NCBI GenBank assembly: GCA_964247055.1 | Contig: OZ176054.1 | Span: 1,674,001-1,738,000 of the forward strand | DNA length: 64,000 bases | Source: Paragordius varius | Lineage: Eukaryota > Animalia > Nematomorpha | Reading direction: 5' to 3' | Notes under the pieces: generated by a model | What the model was told of the DNA's origin: nothing | The model's database searches: none | What the model saw: the letters and a program-made list of their open reading frames with translations, nothing else | Translations under genes and position numbers: made by a program | Shown here: positions 24,649 through 37,009 of the stretch, one piece after another | Position numbering within the stretch: the first letter of the stretch is position 1 | Layout: every line of letters starts with the position of its first letter

Positions 24649-27600
24649 ATGGGCAAAAAAGATATATTGAAATTTGAGGGGAGTAGTTTTTTTCGGCAAA
24701 GAATTGTTTTAGCCACGCTATCTAATCAACCAATCAAAATTACTCACATGAATTCTTATGATTTAGAGCCTGGTATCAAAGATTTCCAATTATCTTTGTT
24801 GCGTATGATTGAACAAATTTCAAGTGGTGCTTTGATTGAGTTAAATGAAACAGGTAACTATTACAAAACACTAAATATCGTAATTTATGGCGTGGAAAAT
24901 AGGCTACCATTCTGTTAACATTTGTTTTTATTTATAGATGCTATAATTTTAAGATTTGTTATGGTTCATTGGTTTTCACGTAAGAATTTTTAACATTTTT
25001 TTAATCAAAATCTGGGAAATTAATACAAATGATGTAAATGCTTAGTTTTCGAATGGACGATGATTATATTTACCCATTACTCATATGTTGTAATATATTT
25101 TTTTTGTAAATTATTAATCCGGTGGTTTTTCTCGAATTCGGTTTTTCCGAATTTAAAAATGGAATCGTAAAGGTATAATTCAACTGGTGTGCTTTGTAAC
25201 TGTAATTTTGTATTGCTTTCGTTTTCCCCCATTTTAAAATTTGTGAAAAAAATAGGCAAAATTTTCCATTGACAGAAACGTATGACTTATTTTCTCATCA
25301 TGACTCTTTTTTGAGATAAAATATAATTAATTTTATATAGAAAAACTAAATTTTATTTTTAGTTTTAGGGCTCCAAAATACCCACAAATAGTAAGATTGT
25401 GGGAAGATATATTCAACTTGAAACGTAATTTTACCTTAAAAAATAGGATTGAACCGACTTTATTTTGAAAACAAAAAACTGCATTATCATCAACACATAT
25501 ATTAATTAGTTTATATGCACGCTATATTTACTTTGAAAGTTATTATAGAGTAGGATTAATTTTAGGCATATATATATATATGGTTTTTTTGATTGTCTCT
25601 TGTTAATTTTGATTCTCATGGATTATAGCGACAGATTTATACTATAAACCGGGCCTTTTAACTGGTGGTGCATTTGAACACGGATGCTGTATTCAACGGT
25701 CTTTGGGTTACTATTTGGAAGCACTTTTGTGCCTTGCACCCTTCGTTAAGAATCCTATTAAAGCTCGCCTGTTTGGTATAACCAATGATAATGTCGATCC
25801 TTCGGTTATTTTTTTCTTTCTAAAACAGCTAAAATTTTTGAAAAATGATAAAAGTTTTGATTAGGTTATAAAGCAACGTTAGATTTGGTTTAAATAGTAA
25901 TGAAAAAAAAACTATAAATTAATCAATCTAAAACGACTTTAAGATTTTAACCCAAAATTTGATCAAATTTTCGGGAATTAAAATAAAATTCAAAATGATG
26001 GTTGATATTATCAACGAGAAGTAAGTAAGTAATATTTTATGTGATAATAATACAATTCTCGTGTAAAGTTTAATTAATGATAATATCAACATGGGTGAAA
26101 TATTGCCTAAAGGTATAATATTGATAAAATAATTAAAACTAAATATGTTCAAAGAAAACTGCAGTATATCAATATAATATCCTTTTTCATTTTCATTTAC
26201 ATCTACTTTTATGTCCTAGGTCGATGCAATCAAAGCTTCAAGTTTACCCATAATTAAACGTTTTTTACATTGGGATGATGGTGATATGGATGTGCCAAAT
26301 AAATTGCAGCATCCTTTAATTCTTGATATACGCATAGTTCGTAGGAGTTTTCCTATTATCACAAAAACATCTTTAAACAATATGAATGAATCTACAGTCA
26401 CGATTGATCGCAATAGTAAATTGGGTGAAATCTTATTCACTTGTCCTGTGTATAGGACAAACCTTATCTCCATGTATAATCCAATCAATTTAATTCCCAA
26501 CGCGACAAAGTCTACTCTTAATGATGGTATAAACTCTTTAACAGAAGAAATAGATGCCATTAATGAACCATTTTCTGGTCATAATGTGGATGAGAATGAA
26601 AATGAGAAATATTCGGCAAGGGAGAAAGGTGTAGACTCTTGTGATTTATTATCTTTTAAATTGATTTGGAGACAGAAATTCTACAACATAAAAAATTATG
26701 AATTGGTTGGTTCGTTAAAGCGTTTTTGAATACATTAAGTATGTTGGCATCGGTCAGATGTAATGTAATGCCTATATAATTATGTATGAGTTGAAAAACG
26801 AATAATAACAATAATTAAATTTAAATTTCAGTATATGTTGGTAGAGGATTTAAAAAAAATTTACATTTTTTTACCCTTTTGACAACAACCATCTATCTAT
26901 CGTGTATCAAACATACGTAGTTTTTTAACTGGTTATTTTCAGCGATTAGACTTCATGGCGATAAATACAGTTATCGGTCAGATTTAGCCCTTATTATAAA
27001 CAACATTCTGTTTAACACAACATTTATTTATGAAAACTTACGTATAGAAATTTTTGTAATTTAATATTGTACTTGCAAAACATAGCTATCTTAGGGAAAA
27101 TATTTTTTCTAAAATAGGTTTAAAACCTATTATTTCATATAATTGCTAAATTGGGAGTGTCTAACTATTCTTAATTATATATTTTGATAACATTCTTTAG
27201 CAAACTTTTTTTTGCAGAACGAACAAAATATAATCAAGGGTTTTAAAATAAAGAAAAAAGCAGGTTTTTAATTTTCAAATTCTTTATTTATGTGCAGAAA
27301 TGAAAATATCTGGGAAAGAAAAGATGAGACAACGTCTTAAATCAGCGGGGACAGGACCGAACGCATATAAAATTGTAAAGATTCGTGGGATAGCATATAC
27401 TGTACGTACCTCGCCCGCCATAGCTAACCGCATAATTAATGAAGCACAAACTTTGCTTAAGAATCATGGATCTACCAACAATTACATACGTGTCGATAGT
27501 TATAAAAGTTTGTTCTTTATTTTTTTTCACTTTTTACTTTACCGGGGAAAAATGTGAAACCATAAAGATATGTAACGTTTAAAAACTAAGGACAAATAAA

Positions 27601-30600
27601 TATTTTATAATATCTATATAAGGAGTTATCCTTATTTAAACCTTGATTTTCTATACATAGACCGACCATATCATAAAACTATTACAATCTATAATTGGTA
27701 TTAAGTATAATACCAATTAACAACTCCTTTTCTTAGGTTTTATATATTTAAAAAAAACGATGCTTAAAAAATGGTTTGTCTTTTCATTCAATGTTAATAA
27801 AATGCATTGCTATAATTTTACAAATAGCATATTGCCATACTTGTCATTTATTTTGGTGTTTTATCATTAAATTATTTTCATACAAATTTAATTGTTATTC
27901 CTTTAACATAGTTATTGGTAACAATAATTTAGCATTCTTAATGTATTGCAAAATATCCACATGCGCTGTGAAAAAATATTTTTTAAGCTAACAATTGGAA
28001 TAATTAATTAGCCCTTTTCCAATTATTCATCAAAAAAAGACAATACTTTTTCCAAAGGGGAACATTAATATAAATTATTTCAATAATTTAATATTACGAT
28101 GAAAAAAAAATCAAGATTTAATCATTATAAATGTAAAATTAACAATTTAATGCTAAAAAATTATTTTAGCAGTGGTGTATAATATGGTGACTTTGCTTGC
28201 CGCATTTTTGATAAAAAACCAACGGTCTAAATTCAAAAATATATGAGCATTAATAATTTTTTTTATTTGAGAATTTTCCTACTAATTTCTTCCGGGCTAC
28301 ATGTTGGGCATCCCTGATTTAAATTTTAGTAAATGAAAAAAAAACAAATTTTCGGTTTGAAAAATCTTGAAGATAATGGTTGCTTATTTCTTACACTATA
28401 GTTGGAACTAGGATTGTGCATCTGACTGCTTTTTCAAAAAAGTCCGGTCAGACCCGGTCATGACCACTTTTTTCTTAAATTAATATCATGCGATATTGGA
28501 TAAAAATAATGTTCAAACGATACTTGCGTTTCACTAATAATGTTATGTTTTTTCTTAAAAGTTTGTATTATACATTTTTTATATTTATATTTACAAATAT
28601 ATTCAATCAAATTTAATCAAGATTTTGTTTTTAAATGAATTTTGCTACATGTTTATGGCCTTTCTAAATCTTCAAATACATTGTTTTTAATACTGGATAT
28701 TTTGAATTTTTATACTTAGTTTGTTTTACGCTTTCTTTCATCCATGAATTAATATCCAATTATAAGATTTTTTTTGTTTTATTGCACATTCACATATATA
28801 GAATAATTGCATATTTTGCAAAGTGCTCGATTGTTTTGTGTTTTGTAACAATCGTATATGCTTAAATGCTAATTTTATAAGGATGCATGTTTAACAATTT
28901 TATATTGTCAAATTAGCATATTTAAATATTTATTTTATGATAAAAAATGTATCAAAAACAAACTCCTCCTATCTCTTTTTCATTACGACCAATTTTTCAA
29001 AAAACAGCTGTTTTTTAAAATGTTCATGGTCAAAAAATAAATAGTCACTGACCTGGTCATGACCCGGTCAGCACAACCTTAGTTGGAACACTAGTTAGTG
29101 TATTGAAAAAAAACACAAAACTTTGAATAAAAAAAACAAAGTACTGTAAGAAAGGAAAAAATTGTTTATTCCACATTTTGTTGTTGTTTTTTACCTTACC
29201 TTACACTATTGTGTTACAAATTGACCAACCAACTATAATAGTGGGATTTATGCAATTATTAAAATCCATGAAAAAAAATTTTTTTTCTAGAAAGTCAAAG
29301 TGGGCCCACCCCGGGATTTGGTTTATGCCTGTATGCTTACACCTTGAATGGATGTGTTTATTGTGCCGAATATGCTTCATACGCCACTGATAAATCAAAT
29401 AATAATGAGAATGAAAATGAAAACGATCAAAATTATTTGACTAAAAAGACCTTTCAATTAGCTACGCCTGAGGAAATTGCTCAAGCCACAACTTGCCAAT
29501 TATTTAATGAAATCTATATGGTAGGTAAACATTTTTTTGTGTGAGACTTAATATTAATTACAATAAATTTTTATATAATTTTATAATATTGTCCAAAGAT
29601 AACTAGAATATTTTAAAATTAACTCATATTTCAGTTATTGATTCGGATTTTTTATGTGTTACTTGTGCCCATTTTTTTAGTAATTCTGTTGTTTAATAAA
29701 TTAATTATTGTACTTTCATACGAGTTCTTACTGGCTAAATAATTTAAAATATATCTGTGTATAATTTGTCCAATAAAATTCTTGCTAGCCATGATTTTTT
29801 GGGAATGTTTTTTTGTAATAAATAAATCTACCCCATTTTTACGCAAGGAGGGGGGGGGGTCTAGATGAGCGCTTTGGTTTAATCTAAGTCACCGAAATTA
29901 TAAATTAATGAAAATTTACCACTTTTAAATTTTTTAAATTGCCCCAAAGCCCATTTTTATTAATATTCAGATTTATAAATGACATGTTTGTGATACTTTT
30001 AATTCCCGATATCATATAATCCATTCTTTAACAATTGCAAGTCATGATTGTAAATATCTGCAATTTTATAAATATTATCATTATTTTTTCATCTACTTTT
30101 AACTTTTTTATACATTTAACATTCTCATGTACGTCGTGAATATGGGAGACAATAAAAATAAATTTATTAAAATATCAAATTTTTTGCACTCAGGAATTTT
30201 TTATAAAATAAAGTTTAAAATAAAGTAAAACAATTTATTCTGTGCCGCCTTTCAGCTTTATATTTAAATTTGAAAAATATTTTTTCATTATTATTTATAA
30301 TAATGTATTTTTAAATCATTTTTAGTTTTTCTATTCTGTTTTTGTCTTTAGGGCGGTTCAACCGATTCCTGGAATCAAAGCTTGGCTCTTCTTTACATGG
30401 CTTTGGCGTCAAATAAAATTACGCGTATTATGTCAGGCCCATTTACCCCATACACCCTAAAAAATTTGAGATTCATCGAGGACATATTTAAAGTAATCAC
30501 ATATTTTTGCACCTATCTAAGAATACGGACAGAGTATCTTGCTAAATAAATTTATTTTGAGTTAAGTATGTTAAATTGGGCCCTTTACCAACCCCATAAA

Positions 30601-31424
30601 TGAATTTGAATGTCGGTAAATTAGATGATTCATTATCCGCTTGGCTTAAAAAATGAATTTAATTAAATATTTATGATCTAAATTTGATTTAGTATGAAAT
30701 ATCAATTAAAATGAAATATAGGTATTGATAAAAAATAATGATTGAATTTACCCACGAGCTTGTAAGTTGTGAGAATGTATATTTCAAAAAATGATAATAA
30801 CTCAAAGTTTAGGTAGGGCCTTATAATGAAATTAAAAAGTTTTGAATGCTGTTTTTAAAAACTCATCATAAGAGGAGTCTATTGCATAGATCAGGGATGT
30901 TCAACACAAATGGCTTCGCGGTCGCATATATATATACATATATATATATATATATGGGCATTCATAAGGAATTTATTACAGATTTTAAACATAAAACTGT
31001 CAAATGCAAACACAATATAGCAATTTTTTCCAGTTCTTGCCGAGATTGGATAGACTTATTTAAAAAAATTTTTTGGAGGAAAATTTTAAGCATATTTTTA
31101 TAATTTACGTACGGGTTTGTAAAATTTTCTGCATCCTGCACATAAAGTCACAGAAGGCCGCTGACCCCTGATGTAAATATTTTCTTCATAAAGATTGACT
31201 AAATATTGATTGATTCCATAATATAAAATTTATATTCGTTTGCATTTTAGATAAAATACAAAATTGATCGGTATCAAGATGTATTTGAAAGCGAACGCGA
31301 TACTACAAATAATAAAATTCTAAATGATTATTCCAATAATTGTAAGCAAGAATGCCGTCCCGTCAAATATGTTGTGAGTTGTTTGGGATCCGGATTTTAT
31401 AATATAAATAAAACATTAAAATAA
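24649..31424 (+). CDS. RCL1: RNA 3'-terminal phosphate cyclase-like protein RCL1, 7 exons, about 514 aa with insertions
   Basis: Exons 24649-24853, 25629-25804, 26220-26628, 27298-27507, 29291-29520, 30352-30492, 31251-31424 are phase-consistent (1545 nt). Motifs: FFRQRIVLATLS, LGYYLEALLCLAPF, GITNDNVDPSVD, KIRGIAYTVRTSP, PGFGL, GGSTDSWNQSLALL, SCLGSGFYNINKTLK. Confidence 0.95.
28170..28316. mobile_element. hAT MITE family A, short degenerate copy in RCL1 intron 4
   Basis: CAGTGGTGTA start and CGGGCTACATGTTGGGCATCCCTG end. Confidence 0.5.
28409..29081. mobile_element. Non-autonomous hAT-type element with perfect 8-bp TSD in RCL1 intron 4
   Basis: TAGGATTGTGC...GAC / GTCAGCACAACCTTA imperfect TIRs; subterminal CCGGTCATGACC repeats; TSD GTTGGAAC at 28401-28408 and 29082-29089. 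Confidence 0.88.
30892..31170. mobile_element. hAT MITE family A in RCL1 intron 6
   Basis: CAGGGATGTTCAACACAAATGGCTTCGCGG ... CATAAAGTCA...GACCCCTG; TA-centred 8-bp flanks. Confidence 0.8.
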
Positions 31425-31458
31425 ATATACATAAATATTCTCTCCTTTATGATTAATA

Positions 31459-31994
31459 TACCATTTGCACACTTCAAGAGTGTCATTGAACACTTTAAGA
31501 TGATCCATGAAATTTTTAAGTTTTGATTTAACTATAATTTTGAAAGTATTTTTTATTTTATTATTTTTAACCTAATTTTCTTTATTTACCATATATTTAT
31601 TCATTTAGAAATATTTTTAAATAAAACTACTTTTTTTTGTTTCAAACTAATATTTTCCACTTCAAAAAAATTGATATCTTATTTATGTTTTAATAAAAAG
31701 CTATAGTTAATAGCCTAGAAAACTTGTATATTTTATTACGTGTTAAAATTCTATAAAAATATAAAATAAATTTTGGAAAATTAATAAAGATATACGGTTT
31801 ATTAATTAAAAATTGGTATTGATTATAAGCTTATGTTATATTTAGAAAATAGGTTGAAATTGATAAATGATGATACACAAAGTCAAAAACAAATCAAACA
31901 GTTAAAGGGCAAACTCGAAGTGTTCAAAGACCAACTTGAAATGTTCAAAGGCCAACTTAAAGTGTTCTAGAAATCTCTTGAAGTGCAAATGGTA
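31459..31994. mobile_element. MITE family C, second copy, 34 nt after the RCL1 stop
   Basis: Same TIRs and a similar interior to 11601-12086. Confidence 0.82.
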
Positions 31995-33166
31995 TATATG
32001 ACTTGGACTTTATTTTATTCGTTATAAAGAGATTGGGAGCTGAAATTAAAATGTTATTAAATTCCGACGTTTTCATGTGTAAGCCAATAGAAAAGAACCG
32101 CAAACTTGTATTAAAATAAAAACAACAAACAACTTCAAATTTTATTAATTGCAAATTATTCTGATACAGCAAAAGAGGGTGTTTTTTTACAAATTTTTGA
32201 TATTTTGAAAAATTTTACATTTTTCGCTCTTCCATGAAAGATAGATAATCCAGATGTATTTTGAATTATTACATAGGTATGTGGTTTAAAAATTGATTTA
32301 TCAATATAAAATTAGATCAAATATATATTTCAAGAGTCATTGGTTTATTTATTTTGGATTGTTCATTCATATTTTTTTATACCATATCACTATTAAACCC
32401 CTTTTTAAAGTCCTTATCTCATAATAAAATTTCCAAATTTAATGTTATATACTTTATAAATCAACTTTATAAAGATAAAAAATGTTGTTTCCAAGCATTT
32501 TAGTGTGTATCATACTAACACCCATCAGGTATTGGAATTGAAATGCTTTTTGAAGCGGTTTAATAATTCATTTTTTTATTTTTAATTACAAACGCCATTT
32601 TATGCTGTCTTTTATTTAATAATGTTAGGGTCTAATATGGATTTTCTGAGAGAGCGTGACAATATGAAACCATCAAAAACAATTAAATTCCTTAATAATT
32701 ATCAAATATAGTTAAAAAAGATTTTATTTTAATTACTGTAAAAATTGAAAATATACAGACAAAACTCATAGACAAATATTTTTTTCTGAAAGACAACCAT
32801 GCTTTTTAAAATCTTGCTTTTTTAATTATAACTAATTTTTTAAACTGCAATATGTAATTTATTTTTATGCGTATAATTTCCATTTATGCTGTGAAATGAC
32901 ATCTACTCTATATGCATATGAAATTTAAATTATAAGTTATCTGAAATAAATATACCTTGCTTCTTATATATGGACACAATGTATAAAAAGACGTAATAGA
33001 CAATAGTTTGTCAATTGCGTTAAAAAGACAAATATTTAACAAACATACAAAGGTCAGATAAAGGTTTAATGTAAGTAAAGTAGGATAAGTATCACAAATA
33101 TAAATTTATTGCCAAAATCATGAGTCATTCATAATATGAAAAAATAAATTATTATATATATAATAT

Positions 33167-34606
33167 TTATGTTGAGCTTTTTTGTTTCCTGATTTTTTCC
33201 AAAATCAAATTTTTGACGAATTCAAAAGTTATCATAGGATCCATAGTTCCATCAATGTATTCTAAAAAAAGAAAATTATATGTTAAAATTATCAATGTTG
33301 TCCAAATTTGTACAAAAAAAGGATATTTTGCGTACGATTTGGCCCGTGATCGAATGTAATTTAATAAATATGGATTGTGGATTAATATAAAATATGATAA
33401 TAATAAGTAATTCAGAGGATAAACCAGGCTTAATTCCAATTTAATTCTCTATCTTACATCTGAGTCGTCTCATCGTATGTTAAATAATGTGATATTTATG
33501 ATTATTAAATAGGATAAGGTGATGATAAATAGCCACAATATAATGATGACATATGAAGTCACAAAAATTATTTTATGATTTTTTTTAATTTAAATAAAAT
33601 ATGTTTCAAATCATCCACCCCCAAATATCGTAATTTATAAACGTAGGATCCGTAACCGGTTTAAACGACAGCATAAAAGTGTCCTTATAATTAAATTATC
33701 TTTGATTATTTTCACTCTTACAATTAGTCAGTTAAAATCAATCAATGTTTCGATTATAAGTCTTTTCGGGAAAATTTTACGCAAAAATTTTAGGGATATT
33801 GTCAATCTTATTTCATGATTTTACGGTTTAAATTTGGATTCCCAAGCCAATCCAAGTGGTATGTATATATCCTTTTATAAAATTAATAATTTTTAGATTT
33901 TTAAAAATGCGTCATTTAAGTAGGACAAAATAAAAAATAAAATAATTTGAAAGATATATTATTTCATCTACAAACCAATATCGTTTGATTCTGGGCATTC
34001 AATATTCTTAGCTTTGAGATCATTAAGGTATTTAACATATTGAGGCCAAACATATTTATCAAAGTTTTCGGGCGGTTCAGGTGGTTCATATGTACGCATT
34101 CTAATTTATAAGAAAATATAATATTTTTTTAACGGATATTGTAGTAAAATTCCTAAATATTTAAAATTTACCGGCGGCGTCTTCGACATTCATAATAATT
34201 TAGGGTTAAAAAAATTTTAAGGTCAAATATTGACGTCAGTGAAGATTGAAATAAAAGAATCCCTTCGATAATTAAAATGAATGACGTATTTTGGAGATTC
34301 GAACAACATTCGTCGACATCCGTTTTAAGTTTTTCCCAATCAAAAGCATCCAATTCTAATAATATAAAATAATAAATTAACCATCCCAATTGTGATAACA
34401 AATTGTGTCATCGTATTTAAGAAGATTAATATCCTGTGATTTTAAAAAATCTTACTTTATAATAATGATCAACACTAAATATTTTTGAATTCACAAAGTT
34501 TTTTTGCAATTTTTCTGCCAAACACGATTTTCCACCATTTGTCACTCTTAATTATAAATTATTTATATTACCCACTAATGCCAATTATTAAAATTGGATT
34601 GTACAT
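33167..34606 (-). CDS. NMRK1: Nicotinamide riboside kinase, 6 exons, about 193 aa
   Basis: Exons 34572-34606, 34456-34546, 34382-34433, 34172-34355, 33976-34100, 33167-33261; introns 25, 22, 26, 71 and 714 nt. P-loop IIGISGVTNGGKS, ILIIEGILLF, ECRRRRMRTYEPPEPPENFDKYVWPQY, YIDGT. Confidence 0.93.
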
Positions 34607-34630
34607 ATATAAGGAAAGAAGGACATCATT

Positions 34631-34809
34631 TCACCTTACTGAGGTGAATTTATATATTGGCGCCTGATCATATAAAATGATTCCCTGATGTTTTAAATAT
34701 TTTGCAGGTAACCAATCTTTTTCTTTCCAATTTTTGGGAGAATAAATAATGTGGAGAAGTAGGTCTTCCATATTATTGCGGTCTACTCCAAAGCATAATT
34801 GAGTTAAAA
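34631..34809 (-). CDS. Probable terminal exon of an unidentified gene (upstream exons possibly up to about 36661)
   Basis: Canonical acceptor TTTTAAG at 34810-34811, then an open phase-1 frame LTQLCFGVDRNNMEDLLLHIIYSPKNWKEKDWLPAKYLKHQGIILYDQAPIYKFTSVR*. Candidate upstream exons with GT-AG boundaries at 35708-35807, 36016-36106 and 36514-36618; their linkage is unresolved and no family was recognised. Confidence 0.45.
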
Positions 34810-37009
34810 CTTAAAAAGTATAGCGGATATTAAAACAAATATAAGTGACTTCTATGGCAGGGGATCATAAAAAATATTTTTGGCATATTTTGAAAATACC
34901 CGATATCTCTGAATTGCAATTTAAGTTAAAACTTTTATATTATTTATTGCATTTTGAGAGCGATAGATTATAGTTGGCAAAATTGACCGTTTGAAACTCA
35001 ATATTAGATACTTGTTGCGATCGAAGATATATAAAATAACTCATCAAAAAATGTTATTAAGGGCTCACTGACAATATTTACTTTACTATGTATTCGTTAA
35101 TATAAAAGTAAAAATTAATAAAACTATTTAATATAGAAATTTATGCATATTATATTAATAAGAATCATAAAACTACTAATAATAACAATTTGATTGCCTG
35201 GTAAAGTTTTAAAAATCGAATATATATATTACGTAAAATTGGGGAAAAAAATATCCTGATAAATTTATATTGTTATATGTTCTGATAGATAAATGTATGA
35301 GGATTTAGGTAATGCTTTTAATTTAATGCCTTAAAAGTGACATAAGTAAGTTATTGAAGCTTTTGTGATATCTGATTCATATAAAAAGTGTCAAAATTCG
35401 CGCAGCTAATCTATTTTTTCGGTAAAGGACAAATGTTTATTGCAAAAACAATCATTCAAACATATTATAAACTACTTATAAAAATAATAAAATATTTTAG
35501 TAAAATTTTCATTTTGAAATATTGGGCTTCTAAAGCCCAAAATTAATCGCCCTAGAATCGGCTAGTTTTTAATATCAACGCAAAAATTCCGAGTTAGCGA
35601 TAATTTTAAATCTATTTGAATTTGGATATCAAATACCTACACCTCACAATATTAATTAAAATACTTTTTATTAATCTTTATGTTTATAATTTCTTTCAAA
35701 AATTTACTTAATAAGCAAACGAGCCTATAGTATAAAATTCTCAAGTGGTACCATTGTTCAGCATTATTGAATGATGGAAATATTTTAGTTCGAGACTTTT
35801 TTTTTATCTAAAAATCAAAATTTTATACAAATACTGCTTTGCCATTTGCATTAAATTATTATGTATTTTAATACTCCATGAGCTGGGATGGTTTACAGAG
35901 CGATTTGAAATAATCTCAAGTATTTAAGGTATTAAAAAAATATGCTTTCTTAAGTTTAAACGCATTATACAAAAATTAATTTAAAAGTAAAACTGTAATA
36001 AAATTCATCTCAAACTTTTTTGCCGCCTTTTTTATATAAATTTTGAATCGTCAATGCAACAGGCAAATCCGATTTTGGAAAAATGTAAATATTAAAACAA
36101 TTCAGTCTATATTCTACCAGCAAAAACTTGATATATTTTGATTTTAATATCAGTTGTTTGTTTCAATGTTTTGGAGTTGTGCTAATTTTAGACTTTAGGT
36201 CACAAAACTGTAAAAAATATAAGTTTTTTTATCTAATAAATGAAAACAGTGTTGCCTAAATATTTTTGTTAAACAAGTAGTAGCCCAAAACCAAAAGCAC
36301 TTTGAAACTCCTGATACATTTTTTATGGGAAAATATACATTTATTTAAAAAAATGTGCGTATTTTGTAAAGCTTTAAATTTAGACGTTAGAACAATTCTA
36401 GTTAAAATTTAAATTTACCATGCATTTTATTTTCATCAAAAAATTAAATAAACAACACCTATAAATTTTCATTCCATGCCATATAATAATTTGGATTTTC
36501 CATTTCATCATACCTGTAGTTCCCATATGAATTTTTCTTTTCCCATATTAAACTTCCCAATTTTATCTGAAAAACCAGAATAAGCCAAAATTATCTTGAA
36601 TGTGGGTACTTTTGCTACCTATAAAGTTTTTTGCTTTGCTCTTTAACACAGAGGGCCCCATCAAAGTGAAAATAATAAGACCCCTCTCAAAAAATCCAAG
36701 ATAAAAATGTAAAAGGCTTCGCTGTGACGTAGTCTCACCGATAATTATTCTTAATAATTTGCAATATATAGAGGTAATGGAGAGAAAATAAAGAAAAACA
36801 TATTAAATAAAAAATGTCTTTAATTATTCTTTTACGGGTTTTTGCATAAGCTCAAATATTGTTTACTCGAAATTGACAATATTTAAACTGTCCCTTATGA
36901 AAGTTAATATTCAACTATCATGGATTTATTTTAAGATTTTTGTTTTATTATGGTTAAAAGTTTTATTTTGAAATTGTGTTCACACAGCTGGGATCAAGGG
37001 ATATAAAAA

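Noticed and set aside
24854-31250. Searched RCL1 introns for box C/D snoRNAs
   Set aside because: No RTGATGA...CTGA pair with a terminal stem was seen by eye; an Infernal scan would be needed to exclude them.
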